Notes: a model not told the origin generated them from the sequence alone. A stretch of DNA of 32,000 bases from Desulfobulbus propionicus DSM 2032 (GCF_000186885.1 NC_014972.1:120001-152000); one strand, 5' to 3'. Shown: positions 14,324 to 23,319, counted from the first letter of the stretch. Numbers and translations: made by a program.

Positions 14324-17187
14324 GAGCGTCTGTTGGCTGCTAGGGGAAGGGTATCCTGTCTTCCGGCGGAAGTCGCGGGCGTGGTCCTGCCGGGGACCGG
14401 TTGCGTCCGGGTCGGGTGCCCCTGGCCGTCCTCGTCTGTCCCCGTCTGCGGGCCGAGCGGCAGGAGGATGGTGAACTCCGTGCCTTGTCCCGGAATGGAG
14501 GTGCAGTCGATCTGCCCGTTGTGATTACCGACGATGCTGTGGGCGATGGCCAAGCCCTGGCCGGTTCCCTTGCCGACTTCCTTGGTGGTAAAGAAGGGGT
14601 CGAAGATGCGGTGGCGAATTTTTTTCGGGATGCCGCAGCCGTTGTCGCCAATGCGGACTGCGACCCAATCCGCCTCGCGCCGGGTGCTCACAAGGATACG
14701 GCCCGGTCGCTCCGGCTCGGCCTCCCTGGCCCTGCCTATGGCATGGGCGGCGTTGATGAGCAGGTTGAGAAACATCTGGTTGAGCTGGTCCGGATAACAG
14801 AAAACCAGCGGCAGATCTTCGGCGAATTCGGTGTCCAGGACGGCCACGTATTTCCACTCGTTGCGACTGACGATGATCGCGTTTTCCAGGGCGTGGTTGA
14901 TGTCGATGTTGACCCGCACACTGTCCCCGGGGTGGCTGAATTCGCGCAGGGCGCTGATGATACGCACCACCCGTCTGATCCCTTCCTTGACCTCCTGGAG
15001 GCTTTCCGGGATTTCCGTGAGCAGGAAATCCAGGTTGACCTCCTGCATGAGGGTGGTCAGCTTGGCCGACGGAGTGTTGTCTGCTGATTTGGTGATTTCC
15101 TTGAGGAGTCTCTCGATATCGGCGAAGGACTGCTCGAAAAAGGCCAGGTTGTTCTGGATGTACTGCATCGGCGTGTTGATTTCGTGGGCAACCCCAGCCG
15201 CCAACTGGCCGATGGACTCCAGTTTCTGGGCCAGGGCCAGCTGCTGTTGCAGGCGCCGAAGCTCCGTGACGTCCCTTTTCACGGTCACGAAGTGACTGAT
15301 TTCGCCCTGCTCGTTGCGCATCGCTGAGGTGGTGATCTCCTCCTCAGCGATGCTGCCGTCCTTCTTCCACATCTCCAGTGTCCCAGACCATGTCTCGCCC
15401 CTGTCCAGAACCTGGCGGATCTCGTTCATGGACGCTGGTTCGACCAGATCCTCGCGGAGGTCCCAGGGCGTCTTGCCGAGATATTCCTCGGCCTCGTAGC
15501 CGCTGGCGGCCAGGACGGCCGGGTTGACATAGCGGATGCGGTAGGAGCTGTCGGTGATGACTACCCCGTCCTTGCCCTGCTCGACGGCTTTGGAGAGCAG
15601 CAGCCGCTGCTCTTCCGCCAGTTTTTCCTCGGTCACGTCGACGAAGGTGAGGAAGAAGCCATTGGCGTCGCTGCCTGTGATCCGAGCGCACGCGATGCGG
15701 AAGAAACCGATCTGCCCCTGCTCCTCTATTCGTACCATGAAGCATTGCCTGTTGCTGGTCCACTCGGCCAGGGCGCTCTGAATGAGGAGCTGAGAGCATT
15801 CCTTTTGTGACACTTGCAACCGGGCGGACCACTGGTTCAGAATTTCCTGGAAAGCCGGGTTAGTCGTTGCAATCTCGTGCGATGGCCATACGGCAACCAG
15901 CCCGACGGGTAAGATCTCGAAGAGTTTTTCGATGTAGGCATTCTGTCGGGAAACTTCTTCCAGGGCGAAGCGCAGGCGGGAAATGTCCTTGGCGCCGGCG
16001 ACGACCCCGAGGGGTTGCCCGTCTTCTTCGTTCCGCAGCAGGCTGAGGTTGAACGACATTGGCAGACTTGCGCCGTCCTTGGCTCGGTAGCGCAGCTCAA
16101 CGTTCCGGCGTTCGTTGTCGCCCTCGGTCTGGAACAGGGAGAACGTCTCGCGCACCTTCGCCTCCGGCTCCTGGAAGAGGACGAACACCGGCTGGCCGAG
16201 CAGATCCTCCTGCCGGTAGCCGAGCAGGCTGCAGGTGGCCTGGTTGACCCGGGTGAGGCGCAGGTCGGTGTCGACCGCGATGAGGGAGTCGAGGAACTGC
16301 TGGATAATGGTGTCCGCTTCCCGCCTTGCCCGGGCCAGTTCCACTTCGGCCTGCTTGTGCCCGGAAATTTCCGTGAAGGCCCCAAAGACCCGCAGGGGCG
16401 AGCCCGCTGCATCCCGTTGGAGTACCTGGGCAGTTTCGTGAATCCAGATCCAGTGGCCCTCCTTGTGACGCAGTCGATACTGACAATCAAAGAAAGGCGT
16501 CTCGCCGACCAGATGCGCATCCAGGGCTGCCTGAACAGAGGGCAGGTCGTCCGGATGCGCCAGGTCCCACCACGTCTCGATGTACTGGAGTGATGGCAGT
16601 TCACCGGGTTGGTATCCCAACACTAAAAAGCAGTGATCGTTGATTTCCATATAACCAGTCTCGAGTTGCCAGCTCCAGGCGCACAGTTGGGCCCCCGCGA
16701 TGAGCAGTTCGAGTTTTTGCTTTTTTTCGCTCAACTGCTGTTCCCGCTGGTGCGCCTCAGCCAGCGCCTCGACAAGCTCCGCTTCGACCCGCAGCCGGTG
16801 GGCGCACTCGCTGAGCGCCTGGAGGGTGCTCGGGCCGGTCAGTGGCTTGACCACGTACTTGTCCACCCCAAGGTTGATGCAGGGCAACAGGTATTCGGCT
16901 TGACCAAAGGCGGTCATGACCACAATCGGCACCGACGGGTCGAGTGCGCGGATTTCGCCAATCATGGTGATGCCGTCCATGATCGGCATGCGGATGTCGG
17001 TGATGATGATGTCCGGCCGGTTTGCCGCGAAAGCTTGCAGGCCTTCCTCGCCGTTGGCGGCCGGTATCAATCGGGCTACATGGCGGTCGAGAAATCGGCT
17101 GAACTGCTCGGCGGTCTCCCTTTCATCCTCCACGTAGAGGACGGTCAATTTTTTCAGAAAGTCCCTGTCCGGGTTGCTTTTCATCAT
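14320..17187 (-). CDS. REC-multi-PAS histidine kinase
   Basis: 955 aa. N-terminal REC (VLYVEDE, IIITDIRMPIMDG, VVKP), a coiled coil, several PAS-like segments, H-box AAGVAHEINTPMQYI, and HATPase_c (GDNGCGIP, GKGTGQGLAI). ATGA overlap with the upstream gene at 17184-17187. Confidence 0.9.
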   Translation of the reverse strand: MMKSNPDRDFLKKLTVLYVEDERETAEQFSRFLDRHVARLIPAANGEEGLQAFAANRPDIIITDIRMPIMDGITMIGEIRALDPSVPIVVMTAFGQAEYLLPCINLGVDKYVVKPLTGPSTLQALSECAHRLRVEAELVEALAEAHQREQQLSEKKQKLELLIAGAQLCAWSWQLETGYMEINDHCFLVLGYQPGELPSLQYIETWWDLAHPDDLPSVQAALDAHLVGETPFFDCQYRLRHKEGHWIWIHETAQVLQRDAAGSPLRVFGAFTEISGHKQAEVELARARREADTIIQQFLDSLIAVDTDLRLTRVNQATCSLLGYRQEDLLGQPVFVLFQEPEAKVRETFSLFQTEGDNERRNVELRYRAKDGASLPMSFNLSLLRNEEDGQPLGVVAGAKDISRLRFALEEVSRQNAYIEKLFEILPVGLVAVWPSHEIATTNPAFQEILNQWSARLQVSQKECSQLLIQSALAEWTSNRQCFMVRIEEQGQIGFFRIACARITGSDANGFFLTFVDVTEEKLAEEQRLLLSKAVEQGKDGVVITDSSYRIRYVNPAVLAASGYEAEEYLGKTPWDLREDLVEPASMNEIRQVLDRGETWSGTLEMWKKDGSIAEEEITTSAMRNEQGEISHFVTVKRDVTELRRLQQQLALAQKLESIGQLAAGVAHEINTPMQYIQNNLAFFEQSFADIERLLKEITKSADNTPSAKLTTLMQEVNLDFLLTEIPESLQEVKEGIRRVVRIISALREFSHPGDSVRVNIDINHALENAIIVSRNEWKYVAVLDTEFAEDLPLVFCYPDQLNQMFLNLLINAAHAIGRAREAEPERPGRILVSTRREADWVAVRIGDNGCGIPKKIRHRIFDPFFTTKEVGKGTGQGLAIAHSIVGNHNGQIDCTSIPGQGTEFTILLPLGPQTGTDEDGQGHPTRTQPVPGRTTPATSAGRQDTLPLAANRRS

Positions 17188-19094
17188 GATGCCTGCTCCG
17201 CGAGCGGGACGCTTACGCTCAGTTCACTGCCGCCCACGATATTCCTCGCCTCGATCCGGCCCTGCATGTTGTGCTCGATGATCATTTTTGACATGTACAG
17301 GCCGATGCCTGTCCCCATGGGCTTGGTGGAGAAATAAGGTTCGAAGATTTTGTCCAGAACATGCTCGGGAATTCCGCCGCCATTGTCCTGGACACTCACC
17401 ACGCCTTGGCCCTGGCGCACCCCGAGAGTAACCTGGATCCGGCCCTGCTCCTGCTTTGCGCCGGTGATCGCATCCCTGGCGTTGTTCAGCAAGTTGAGCA
17501 GGACCTGGGAATATTCGTTGGGAAAACCGAACAGGGTGCAGTCCTGGTCGATCTCCAGGGTGATCTCGATCCGGCAGTGGACAAAGCTCTCCGCCACCAT
17601 CTCGATCGCCAGCCTGATTTGCCGTTCGGCCGAGAAAGGTTGTTTGACCTTGTTGGGACGGAAAAAATCACGGAAGTCGTTGATGGTCGACGACATCTTC
17701 TGAATCAGGCGGTTGCCGGTAGCGATACATTCCGCCATATACTCGTTGGTGAGTTCGTCGTTCTCATGGGCGTAGTGGATGTTGGTGAGCAGCAGGGACA
17801 GAGTGTTCAGCGGCTGTCGCCACTGATGGGCGATGTTGCCGATCATCTCGCCCATGGCCGCCTGCCGCCCCTGGCTGATCAGCATCTGGTCCTTGCTCCG
17901 CAATTCGGCCACGGTTTCCTTTACCCGCAGTTGCAGTGACTGGTTGAGCTGCTCCAACAGGTGTTGCTTCTGCGCGAGGAGTTCGTCGGCCTTTCTGATG
18001 TCGCTGATATCACGAATGATGCTGAGCGCGTGCCATTCACTGTTGAGCGAAACGGCGGACAGGGACAGCGAAATGGGGAATTCCGAGCCGTCTTTTTTCC
18101 TGGCGAACAACTCATACGTCCTGCCAACGATTTTACCGCGGCCGCCGTGCGTTAATTTGGCCACGGCCCGTTCACTGGCGGTGCGGTACCGTTCCGGCAC
18201 GAGCAGGCGGTAGATATTTTGCCCCAGGGCCTCTTCGGCCGGATACCCCAGGATTCTTTCGGCAGCCGGGTTCCAGTAGGAAATGACGTCCTGAGAGTTC
18301 ATCATGACGATGGCGTCGTTGGCCGAATCCGTTAGCGTCCGCAACCGGATTTCGCTGGCCTCGGCGATCTCCTTGGCCTTGGTCAGTTCGTTGACCCGGT
18401 CCTGGATGGCCTGGGACATGAGATTGAAAGCTCTGCCCAGTTGACCGATATCGTCCTCTCCCTCCGGCAGCGGTTGCAGCGAGAAGTTGCCGTCCGCCAC
18501 TACGAGGCTCGCCCTGGTGAGAGACCGCATGTGCCGGGCCAACCAGAGGCCAAGGAGCAGGAGCACGAGGGAGGAAAGGATGATCTCGACAACCGCAATT
18601 CCCGCCCCCTGGATGAGGAGGGTTTTCCGCGCCGTCAGGATGCGGGTGAGGTTGAGGCCGAAGTGCAGGTCGCCCAGGGGTTGCTGGAGATAGGTGATGT
18701 GCCTGGCCACATGGTAGATGCCCTCCGTTAGCAGAAGACTACTGGAGAATGTCCTGCTGGCTTCCGGCAATGGCCGCTCGGCTGAAAAACCATCGGTCGT
18801 CAGGCGGCTGCCATGCCGATCCACGACCACGATATAGTTTAAGGAGTCGGTGACCGTGCTTTCGTCCAGTATGGCCTGGATCGTTGCGTAATCCCGTTGG
18901 GCCAGGGGGGCGGTCAGGGCAGCGATGAGGACGGGGCTAATTTCCTGAGCCTGGGCCTGCACCTGATCGGACATGGCCTGGTGAAAGAGCCGCAGGCTGT
19001 TCCCGACCAGCAGGGTGAGCATGAGGAATTCCAGCCCGATCGCCAGCAAGAGCAGGCGGCCGTGGGCGGTGTGCCACAGGCGAGGCTTTTTCAT
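17184..19094 (-). CDS. membrane sensor histidine kinase (2 TM, periplasmic loop, HAMP, PAS, kinase core)
   Basis: 636 aa. TM helices near the N-terminus and at LLIQGAGIAVVEIILSSLVLLLLGLWLA. HAMP-like segment. PAS (DAIVMMNSQDVISYWNPAAERILGY). H-box GNIAHQWRQPLN. DNGGGIP and GTGIGLYMS. ATGA overlap with the upstream gene at 19091-19094. Confidence 0.9.
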   Translation of the reverse strand: MKKPRLWHTAHGRLLLLAIGLEFLMLTLLVGNSLRLFHQAMSDQVQAQAQEISPVLIAALTAPLAQRDYATIQAILDESTVTDSLNYIVVVDRHGSRLTTDGFSAERPLPEASRTFSSSLLLTEGIYHVARHITYLQQPLGDLHFGLNLTRILTARKTLLIQGAGIAVVEIILSSLVLLLLGLWLARHMRSLTRASLVVADGNFSLQPLPEGEDDIGQLGRAFNLMSQAIQDRVNELTKAKEIAEASEIRLRTLTDSANDAIVMMNSQDVISYWNPAAERILGYPAEEALGQNIYRLLVPERYRTASERAVAKLTHGGRGKIVGRTYELFARKKDGSEFPISLSLSAVSLNSEWHALSIIRDISDIRKADELLAQKQHLLEQLNQSLQLRVKETVAELRSKDQMLISQGRQAAMGEMIGNIAHQWRQPLNTLSLLLTNIHYAHENDELTNEYMAECIATGNRLIQKMSSTINDFRDFFRPNKVKQPFSAERQIRLAIEMVAESFVHCRIEITLEIDQDCTLFGFPNEYSQVLLNLLNNARDAITGAKQEQGRIQVTLGVRQGQGVVSVQDNGGGIPEHVLDKIFEPYFSTKPMGTGIGLYMSKMIIEHNMQGRIEARNIVGGSELSVSVPLAEQAS

Positions 19095-19915
19095 TTCAGG
19101 TCGTTGATTACCCGCCTGACTTCCTCGGTAAAGACATCCATTGCCTCGAGTTCGCCTGGCCGTATCGCCCGATAGCCCCCCAGCTTGTTCTCAGTAAAAT
19201 ATGTTTGCGCTTTTTGTGTCCCGGCGAAGGTTGACAGCGCCGCTTCGATGGCTTGCCGATGGTCGGCTCTCCGGCTGTTTAGCAGGTACACTCGGCCCAA
19301 CATGGGTTCACTCTCGGCAATGATTCGCAGCTGCTTCCGGACCTCCGGCGCAAGTCGCTGAAAATTGGCCAGCGAAACAAACCCGGCATCTGCGTCCTTT
19401 GCCAGGAGGAGTTGGGCTACGCTGTCCGCAGCGCTGACGTATCGAACGGACTGCGGTTGCACTTGGTTCTGCTTGAGCCAGTGCTGACCCCACAGGGTAA
19501 CCTGGGAGGTCGGGCTCAACCCGAGTACTTTCTTGTCGTTCAGATCGGCCGGCGTATTGATGTCGCCATTCTGCAGACCAATCACCAACGACTTGAAGTC
19601 AGCCTTGTAAGTTAGAAGAGGGAGATAGCCAGCATCGAGCTGCAGCAAGCGAGCCTGCTGACCGGTGGTGACGACGAGATCGTATTCCTGGGCCAGCGCC
19701 CGTTTCGCGAATAGGTCAAAGTTGGGCGCGGTGGTTAATTCCACCGGCATGGCGAGCGATTTTTCCAGATACAGGCGAAGCGGTTCATACATCTGCAAGA
19801 TAAGCCGGGGACTGCTGTGCGGCGCGATTCCGATGACAAAGTGCTCCTCGTGGGCAGAGAGACAAATGGTGGGCCCAAGAATCAGCAGAATTAAGAATAA
19901 AATTAGTTTTTTCAT
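19091..19915 (-). CDS. PhnD-like (phosphonate-type) periplasmic binding protein
   Basis: ORF 19091..20092. I place the start at ATG 19915 (MKKLILFLILLILGPTICLSA, a signal peptide). The body resembles the PhnD/Phosphonate-bd family (FVIGIAPHSSPRLILQMYEPLRLYLEKSL..VELTTAPNFDLFAKRALAQEYDLV). Confidence 0.75.
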   Translation of the reverse strand: MKKLILFLILLILGPTICLSAHEEHFVIGIAPHSSPRLILQMYEPLRLYLEKSLAMPVELTTAPNFDLFAKRALAQEYDLVVTTGQQARLLQLDAGYLPLLTYKADFKSLVIGLQNGDINTPADLNDKKVLGLSPTSQVTLWGQHWLKQNQVQPQSVRYVSAADSVAQLLLAKDADAGFVSLANFQRLAPEVRKQLRIIAESEPMLGRVYLLNSRRADHRQAIEAALSTFAGTQKAQTYFTENKLGGYRAIRPGELEAMDVFTEEVRRVINDLK

Positions 19916-19981
19916 GCAGTTGTTTTTTTTGTTGGTATGAGAGGACATTCGCCTGGAAGGGTACACGTATCCTCCCACGAA

Positions 19982-20011
19982 ATTGTATAGCATTCTCCTT
20001 GAGGGAAACAA
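19982..20011 (-). promoter_or_regulatory. sigma70-type promoter candidate for the four-gene signalling operon
   Basis: The minus strand reads TTGTTT, an 18-nt spacer, then TACAAT, about 65 nt upstream of ATG 19915. The -35 is weak. Confidence 0.3.
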
Positions 20012-20358
20012 GGAAAGAATGGTTCGCCCGGAGATTGAGGACGGATGATACTTGATAGAGGACGTGGAAGCGTGATCTTTGTTCATTGGCAACTCGTGGA
20101 CAGGAGGGGGCTAATCTCGTGCTGAAATGTAATTCGTCGGAGATGGTGATAGCAGCATGCAAGATACCTGCCAGATTGATTGCCGGAGTCGTTTGCAGGA
20201 CAATGTGTTCTGCCTCCTCCTCAGTCGCGCGACCGAGGGGAACCGTGCGCATGACCTATAGATAAAACAGACCGGACGTAGGCCCGTGTGCCGCAACGGC
20301 GCGAAGCGGTTCCAATCGGAAAATTACGAACTATCTGCTCATGTTCGTGCTTTTTCTC

Positions 20359-20386
20359 TTGCAGCACTCATCGAATCATCTATAAA
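20359..20386 (+). promoter_or_regulatory. sigma70-type promoter candidate facing the recombination module
   Basis: TTGCAG (20359-20364), a 16-nt spacer, then TATAAA (20381-20386). This would give a leader of about 410 nt. Confidence 0.3.
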
Positions 20387-20721
20387 TATTTTCATTCTTC
20401 CGGCTCATTTTCAATGAGATACCCCTATTCAGGGTTTAGCTGAGCACGGTTTTCGTGTTCTTGCATTTCAGGTACGATGGCGGCGCTGTTGTTTCCGGTC
20501 GGGACGTTACATCGCTAAGGCGAACGGTCCCCTTCATCCGGCAGCAAAGCGCGCAATGGCTTGCGATTCTATTTTCTGCATCGCCTGCCCGTCAGCCTTT
20601 CCTTTTTCTTCCCGTCTATCGCTGAACTGACCTTGCCGCCGTGTTGCGGCTGACCGTTCCGGCACACTCCCTTTCCCGCACCGGCACTGACCCCTCAGTC
20701 CACCGGTTTCATCCATACCCA

Positions 20722-20730
20722 CCCCCCCCC
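20722..20730 (+). repeat. C9 homopolymer flanked by ATCCAT direct repeats
   Basis: ATCCAT ACCCA CCCCCCCCC ATCCAT spans 20711-20736, in the leader of the Rad52-like gene. Confidence 0.9.
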
Positions 20731-20737
20731 ATCCATC

Positions 20738-20784
20738 GGGAGCGATCTACCATGCTCCCGGCGGAGCCATGCGTTGTCGCTCCC
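20738..20784 (+). promoter_or_regulatory. compound stem-loop just upstream of the SD of the Rad52-like gene
   Basis: Outer 8-bp stem GGGAGCGA (20738-45) with TCGCTCCC (20777-84). Inner 5-bp stem GCTCC (20754-58) with GGAGC (20763-67). The SD AGGAGG is at 20794. Confidence 0.45.
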
Positions 20785-20806
20785 ATTATTCTCAGGAGGC
20801 ACCACC

Positions 20807-21469
20807 ATGGCACCACTGCAGGAACAGATCCAGGCCATCAACCAGCGCTTGCGCGCCTTCGGCATCGAGGCGGTCCAGGAGATCCGCATGACTGACCGGG
20901 ACGGCAAGACCATCGGTCAGGTCAAGTACGGCTACCGGCCGCAGTACGTCTTTGACAGCGTCAACGAAGTACTTGGTCCGGAGAACTGGCGCTACGAACT
21001 GACCCGCGAGGAGATCTTCGAGAACCAGGCGGTCGCCGAGGTCCGGCTTTTTGTCCGGGTTGACGGTGACTGGCTGTGCAAGGGCTCGCACAAGGGCCAG
21101 ATGCAGATCGTCAAAGGCAATGTCGGCGACGCCCAGAAAGGGGCGATCACCGATGCCATCCAGAAGTGCATGTCGCTGTTGTCCATCGGCAGCGATGCCT
21201 ACAAGGGCCTGCTGAAGCACGTCTTCCAACCGTCTAACAAAACGCCATCGACCCCACCCCCACCACCAACCAACCAACTTGCAGGCCCACCGCCTGTTGG
21301 CTCCGATCCCACCGTTGACCTGCCCAAGATCGCCGGCGTCACCTTCGAACACCGTCAGGGCGTGATTCTCGCCATGGGCGAGCACCTCTATGACAAGAAG
21401 GAGCTGCTCAAGGCCGCGGGCTTTCAATGGGACAAGACCGGCAAGGCCTGGCTGAAAAAAGCTGCCTGA
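20807..21469 (+). CDS. Rad52/Sak-family single-strand annealing protein with a C-terminal mini-domain
   Basis: ORF 20774..21469. ATG 20807 is preceded by AGGAGG. YVFDSVNEVLGPENW and GDAQKGAITDAIQKCMSLLSIGSDAY match the pattern of phage Rad52-like annealases. A Pro-rich linker follows, then ...YDKKELLKAAGFQWDKTGKAWL. Confidence 0.75.
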   Translation: MAPLQEQIQAINQRLRAFGIEAVQEIRMTDRDGKTIGQVKYGYRPQYVFDSVNEVLGPENWRYELTREEIFENQAVAEVRLFVRVDGDWLCKGSHKGQMQIVKGNVGDAQKGAITDAIQKCMSLLSIGSDAYKGLLKHVFQPSNKTPSTPPPPPTNQLAGPPPVGSDPTVDLPKIAGVTFEHRQGVILAMGEHLYDKKELLKAAGFQWDKTGKAWLKKAA

Positions 21470-21522
21470 TCACCCAACCCAACCCCGGAGGGAGTGAGAC
21501 CATTCCCTCGGCGGGAACCGGT

Positions 21523-21552
21523 GTCTCCTCCCTCATCCATTTAGGAGGAGAC
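21523..21552 (+). promoter_or_regulatory. hairpin that pairs the SD of the Cas4-like gene
   Basis: Perfect 9-bp stem GTCTCCTCC (21523-31) with GGAGGAGAC (21544-52) and a 12-nt loop. The 3' arm is the Shine-Dalgarno sequence of the ATG at 21557. Confidence 0.55.
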
Positions 21553-21556
21553 CACC

Positions 21557-22528
21557 ATGTCGGACCAGATGCTCACCACCCTGCAAGCCGCCCTGCAGCA
21601 GCTTGCCAGCCAGCAGACCGCAGCCACGCTCGGCGACCGCAGCACCTATCTCGGTGCCTCGGACATCGGCGCCTGCCCGCGCAAAACCATTCTCGCTAAA
21701 CGCAACGCCCCGGAGGCGGACCTGATCACCCTGTTGCGCCACCGCCGCGGCCACATGGCCGAGGAGATCGTGGCTGCCGCCTTCGCAGTCGCCGGGTTCA
21801 CCAACTTCCAGCGCCAGGTCGAGGTGCGCCACACCGGCGACATCCCGGTCATGGCCCACCTGGATTTTGTGTTCGTCTCGGAGGCCCGCAAGACCATGGC
21901 CGTGCTCGAGGTGAAATCGCCGGAGAACATCCCCACCGACCCCTACGGCGCCTGGGAGACCCAGCTGTACCTGCAAATGGGACTCCTGGCCGAGAACTGT
22001 CCGGACTACACCGTGGAAAAGGGCGCCATCCTGGCGGTCAACTTCGGTGCCCAGGGCATGCGCCTGTTCAACGGCTACACGCCCCAGGCCACCATCTACC
22101 AGGGGCTGATCGACCGGGCCGGTTCCATCTGGGACCAGTACCAGCGCTACAGCGCCGGCGACCTGGCCTTCCCGGGCATGGAAGCCGGCCCGCTCTGCGG
22201 CTACTGCCCCTTTCTTCTGGACTGTCCCAAGTTCGCGGCGGAAGAGGTGCAGGAACTGAACGAGAACGTCGAGATCCTTATCGAACTGCAGCACCAGCAG
22301 CGGGACCTGGAGGCCGAGATCGGCCTGCGCAAGACCGACCTGCTGGCCATCGTCAGCCAACGCGGCCCGCTCAAGGCCCACGGCCAATTGCTCCGCCAGG
22401 CGGTGCGCACCCGCAAGGTGCTCGACACCGACCGGCTCGGACAGTTCCTCCAGGGCTACGGCCAGTCGCTCGCTGATTTCCAGAAGAGCAGCACCTACTC
22501 CTTCCTGGAGATTCGCAAGGCCGCCTGA
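21557..22528 (+). CDS. PD-(D/E)XK exonuclease, Cas4/RecB-like, with four Cys (Fe-S type)
   Basis: HLDFVF...LEVKS (D...ExK), TQLYLQ, one N-terminal Cys (GACPRK) and C-terminal CGYCPFLLDC (C-x2-C-x5-C). It sits between an annealase gene and ssb. Confidence 0.7.
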   Translation: MSDQMLTTLQAALQQLASQQTAATLGDRSTYLGASDIGACPRKTILAKRNAPEADLITLLRHRRGHMAEEIVAAAFAVAGFTNFQRQVEVRHTGDIPVMAHLDFVFVSEARKTMAVLEVKSPENIPTDPYGAWETQLYLQMGLLAENCPDYTVEKGAILAVNFGAQGMRLFNGYTPQATIYQGLIDRAGSIWDQYQRYSAGDLAFPGMEAGPLCGYCPFLLDCPKFAAEEVQELNENVEILIELQHQQRDLEAEIGLRKTDLLAIVSQRGPLKAHGQLLRQAVRTRKVLDTDRLGQFLQGYGQSLADFQKSSTYSFLEIRKAA

Positions 22529-22623
22529 GCCGGCCGGATCGCAACACCCCAACCCATCATCGGGGAGCCAACCTTTCCCCGTGGCGGGGAGGGGTTGGTC
22601 CCTGTTGCTCAAGGAGAACCACC

Positions 22624-23016
22624 ATGTTGAACAAGACCATGCTGATCGGCAACCTCGGCGCGGACGTGGACATCCGCTACACCAAGAACCAGGTGGCCGT
22701 GGCCACCTTCCGGGTAGCCACCACCGAACGGTGGCGGGATGCCCAGGGCAACCCCCAGGAAGCCACCGAGTGGCACCGCATCGTGGCCTTTGCCAAGCTC
22801 GCCGAGATCTGCGGCGCCTACTTGGCCAAGGGCGCGCGGGTGTACATCGAAGGCCGCCTGCAGACCCGCAAGTGGCAGGACACGGACGGTGGCAACCGCT
22901 TCACCACGGAGATCATCGCCCGCGAGATGAAGATGCTCGGCGGCGGTGACCGCAACGCCCCGCCGGCACCGCCGGAGGAGCAGGAACCGCCCGTGAGTGA
23001 CGAGGTCCCGTTCTGA
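22624..23016 (+). CDS. ssb: single-stranded DNA-binding protein
   Basis: MLNKTMLIGNLGADVDIRYT...EWHRIVAF...VYIEGRLQTRKWQD, then a Pro-rich tail and the acidic tip DEVPF. Confidence 0.95.
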   Translation: MLNKTMLIGNLGADVDIRYTKNQVAVATFRVATTERWRDAQGNPQEATEWHRIVAFAKLAEICGAYLAKGARVYIEGRLQTRKWQDTDGGNRFTTEIIAREMKMLGGGDRNAPPAPPEEQEPPVSDEVPF

Positions 23017-23112
23017 TCGGTCCCTTGCCCTGAGCCTGGACCCCGCAGCCGCGGGGTTCGGGCTTGCCGGGCACAGGTGGCCGTCAGGCCCCCCCAACCA
23101 GGAGAACCGTGT

Positions 23113-23319
23113 ATGACCCAAATAACCGCACCCGCCCGGCAGGCCGCTCGCAGCAGCCTGAGCCCGGGTGATTCCCCGCGCACGCTTGAAACCATGATCC
23201 TCGATCTGCTCACCGATACCCTGCACCTGGCCCGGATCGAGGGGCTGGATGCCTGCCAGCTCGGCTCTGCCGCGATGGCCCGCTTCCTGGTCGAGATCAA
23301 GCACTCACGCAGCCACTGA
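23113..23319 (+). CDS. hypothetical protein (68 aa)
   Basis: ORF 23077..23319. ATG 23113 has AGGAGA 7 nt upstream. No family recognised. Same strand and format as its neighbours. Confidence 0.45.
   Translation: MTQITAPARQAARSSLSPGDSPRTLETMILDLLTDTLHLARIEGLDACQLGSAAMARFLVEIKHSRSH

Noticed and set aside
20119-20280. 53-codon Cys-rich ORF (GTG start) downstream of AGGAGGGGG
   Set aside because: The SD-to-start spacing is about 11 nt, the start is GTG, and no homology is recognised. It is probably chance.
20100-20520. Search for a tRNA gene or att-type direct repeat marking the left end of a mobile element
   Set aside because: I found no T-loop-like GGTTCGAATCC motif or cloverleaf. I could not find by eye a repeat of this region near 25.7 or 31.1 kb. 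This needs a computational repeat search.
21533-22612. 359-aa ORF on the minus strand
   Set aside because: It is antisense to the Cas4-like exonuclease gene, which has clear motifs and an SD. It is a GC-rich shadow ORF.
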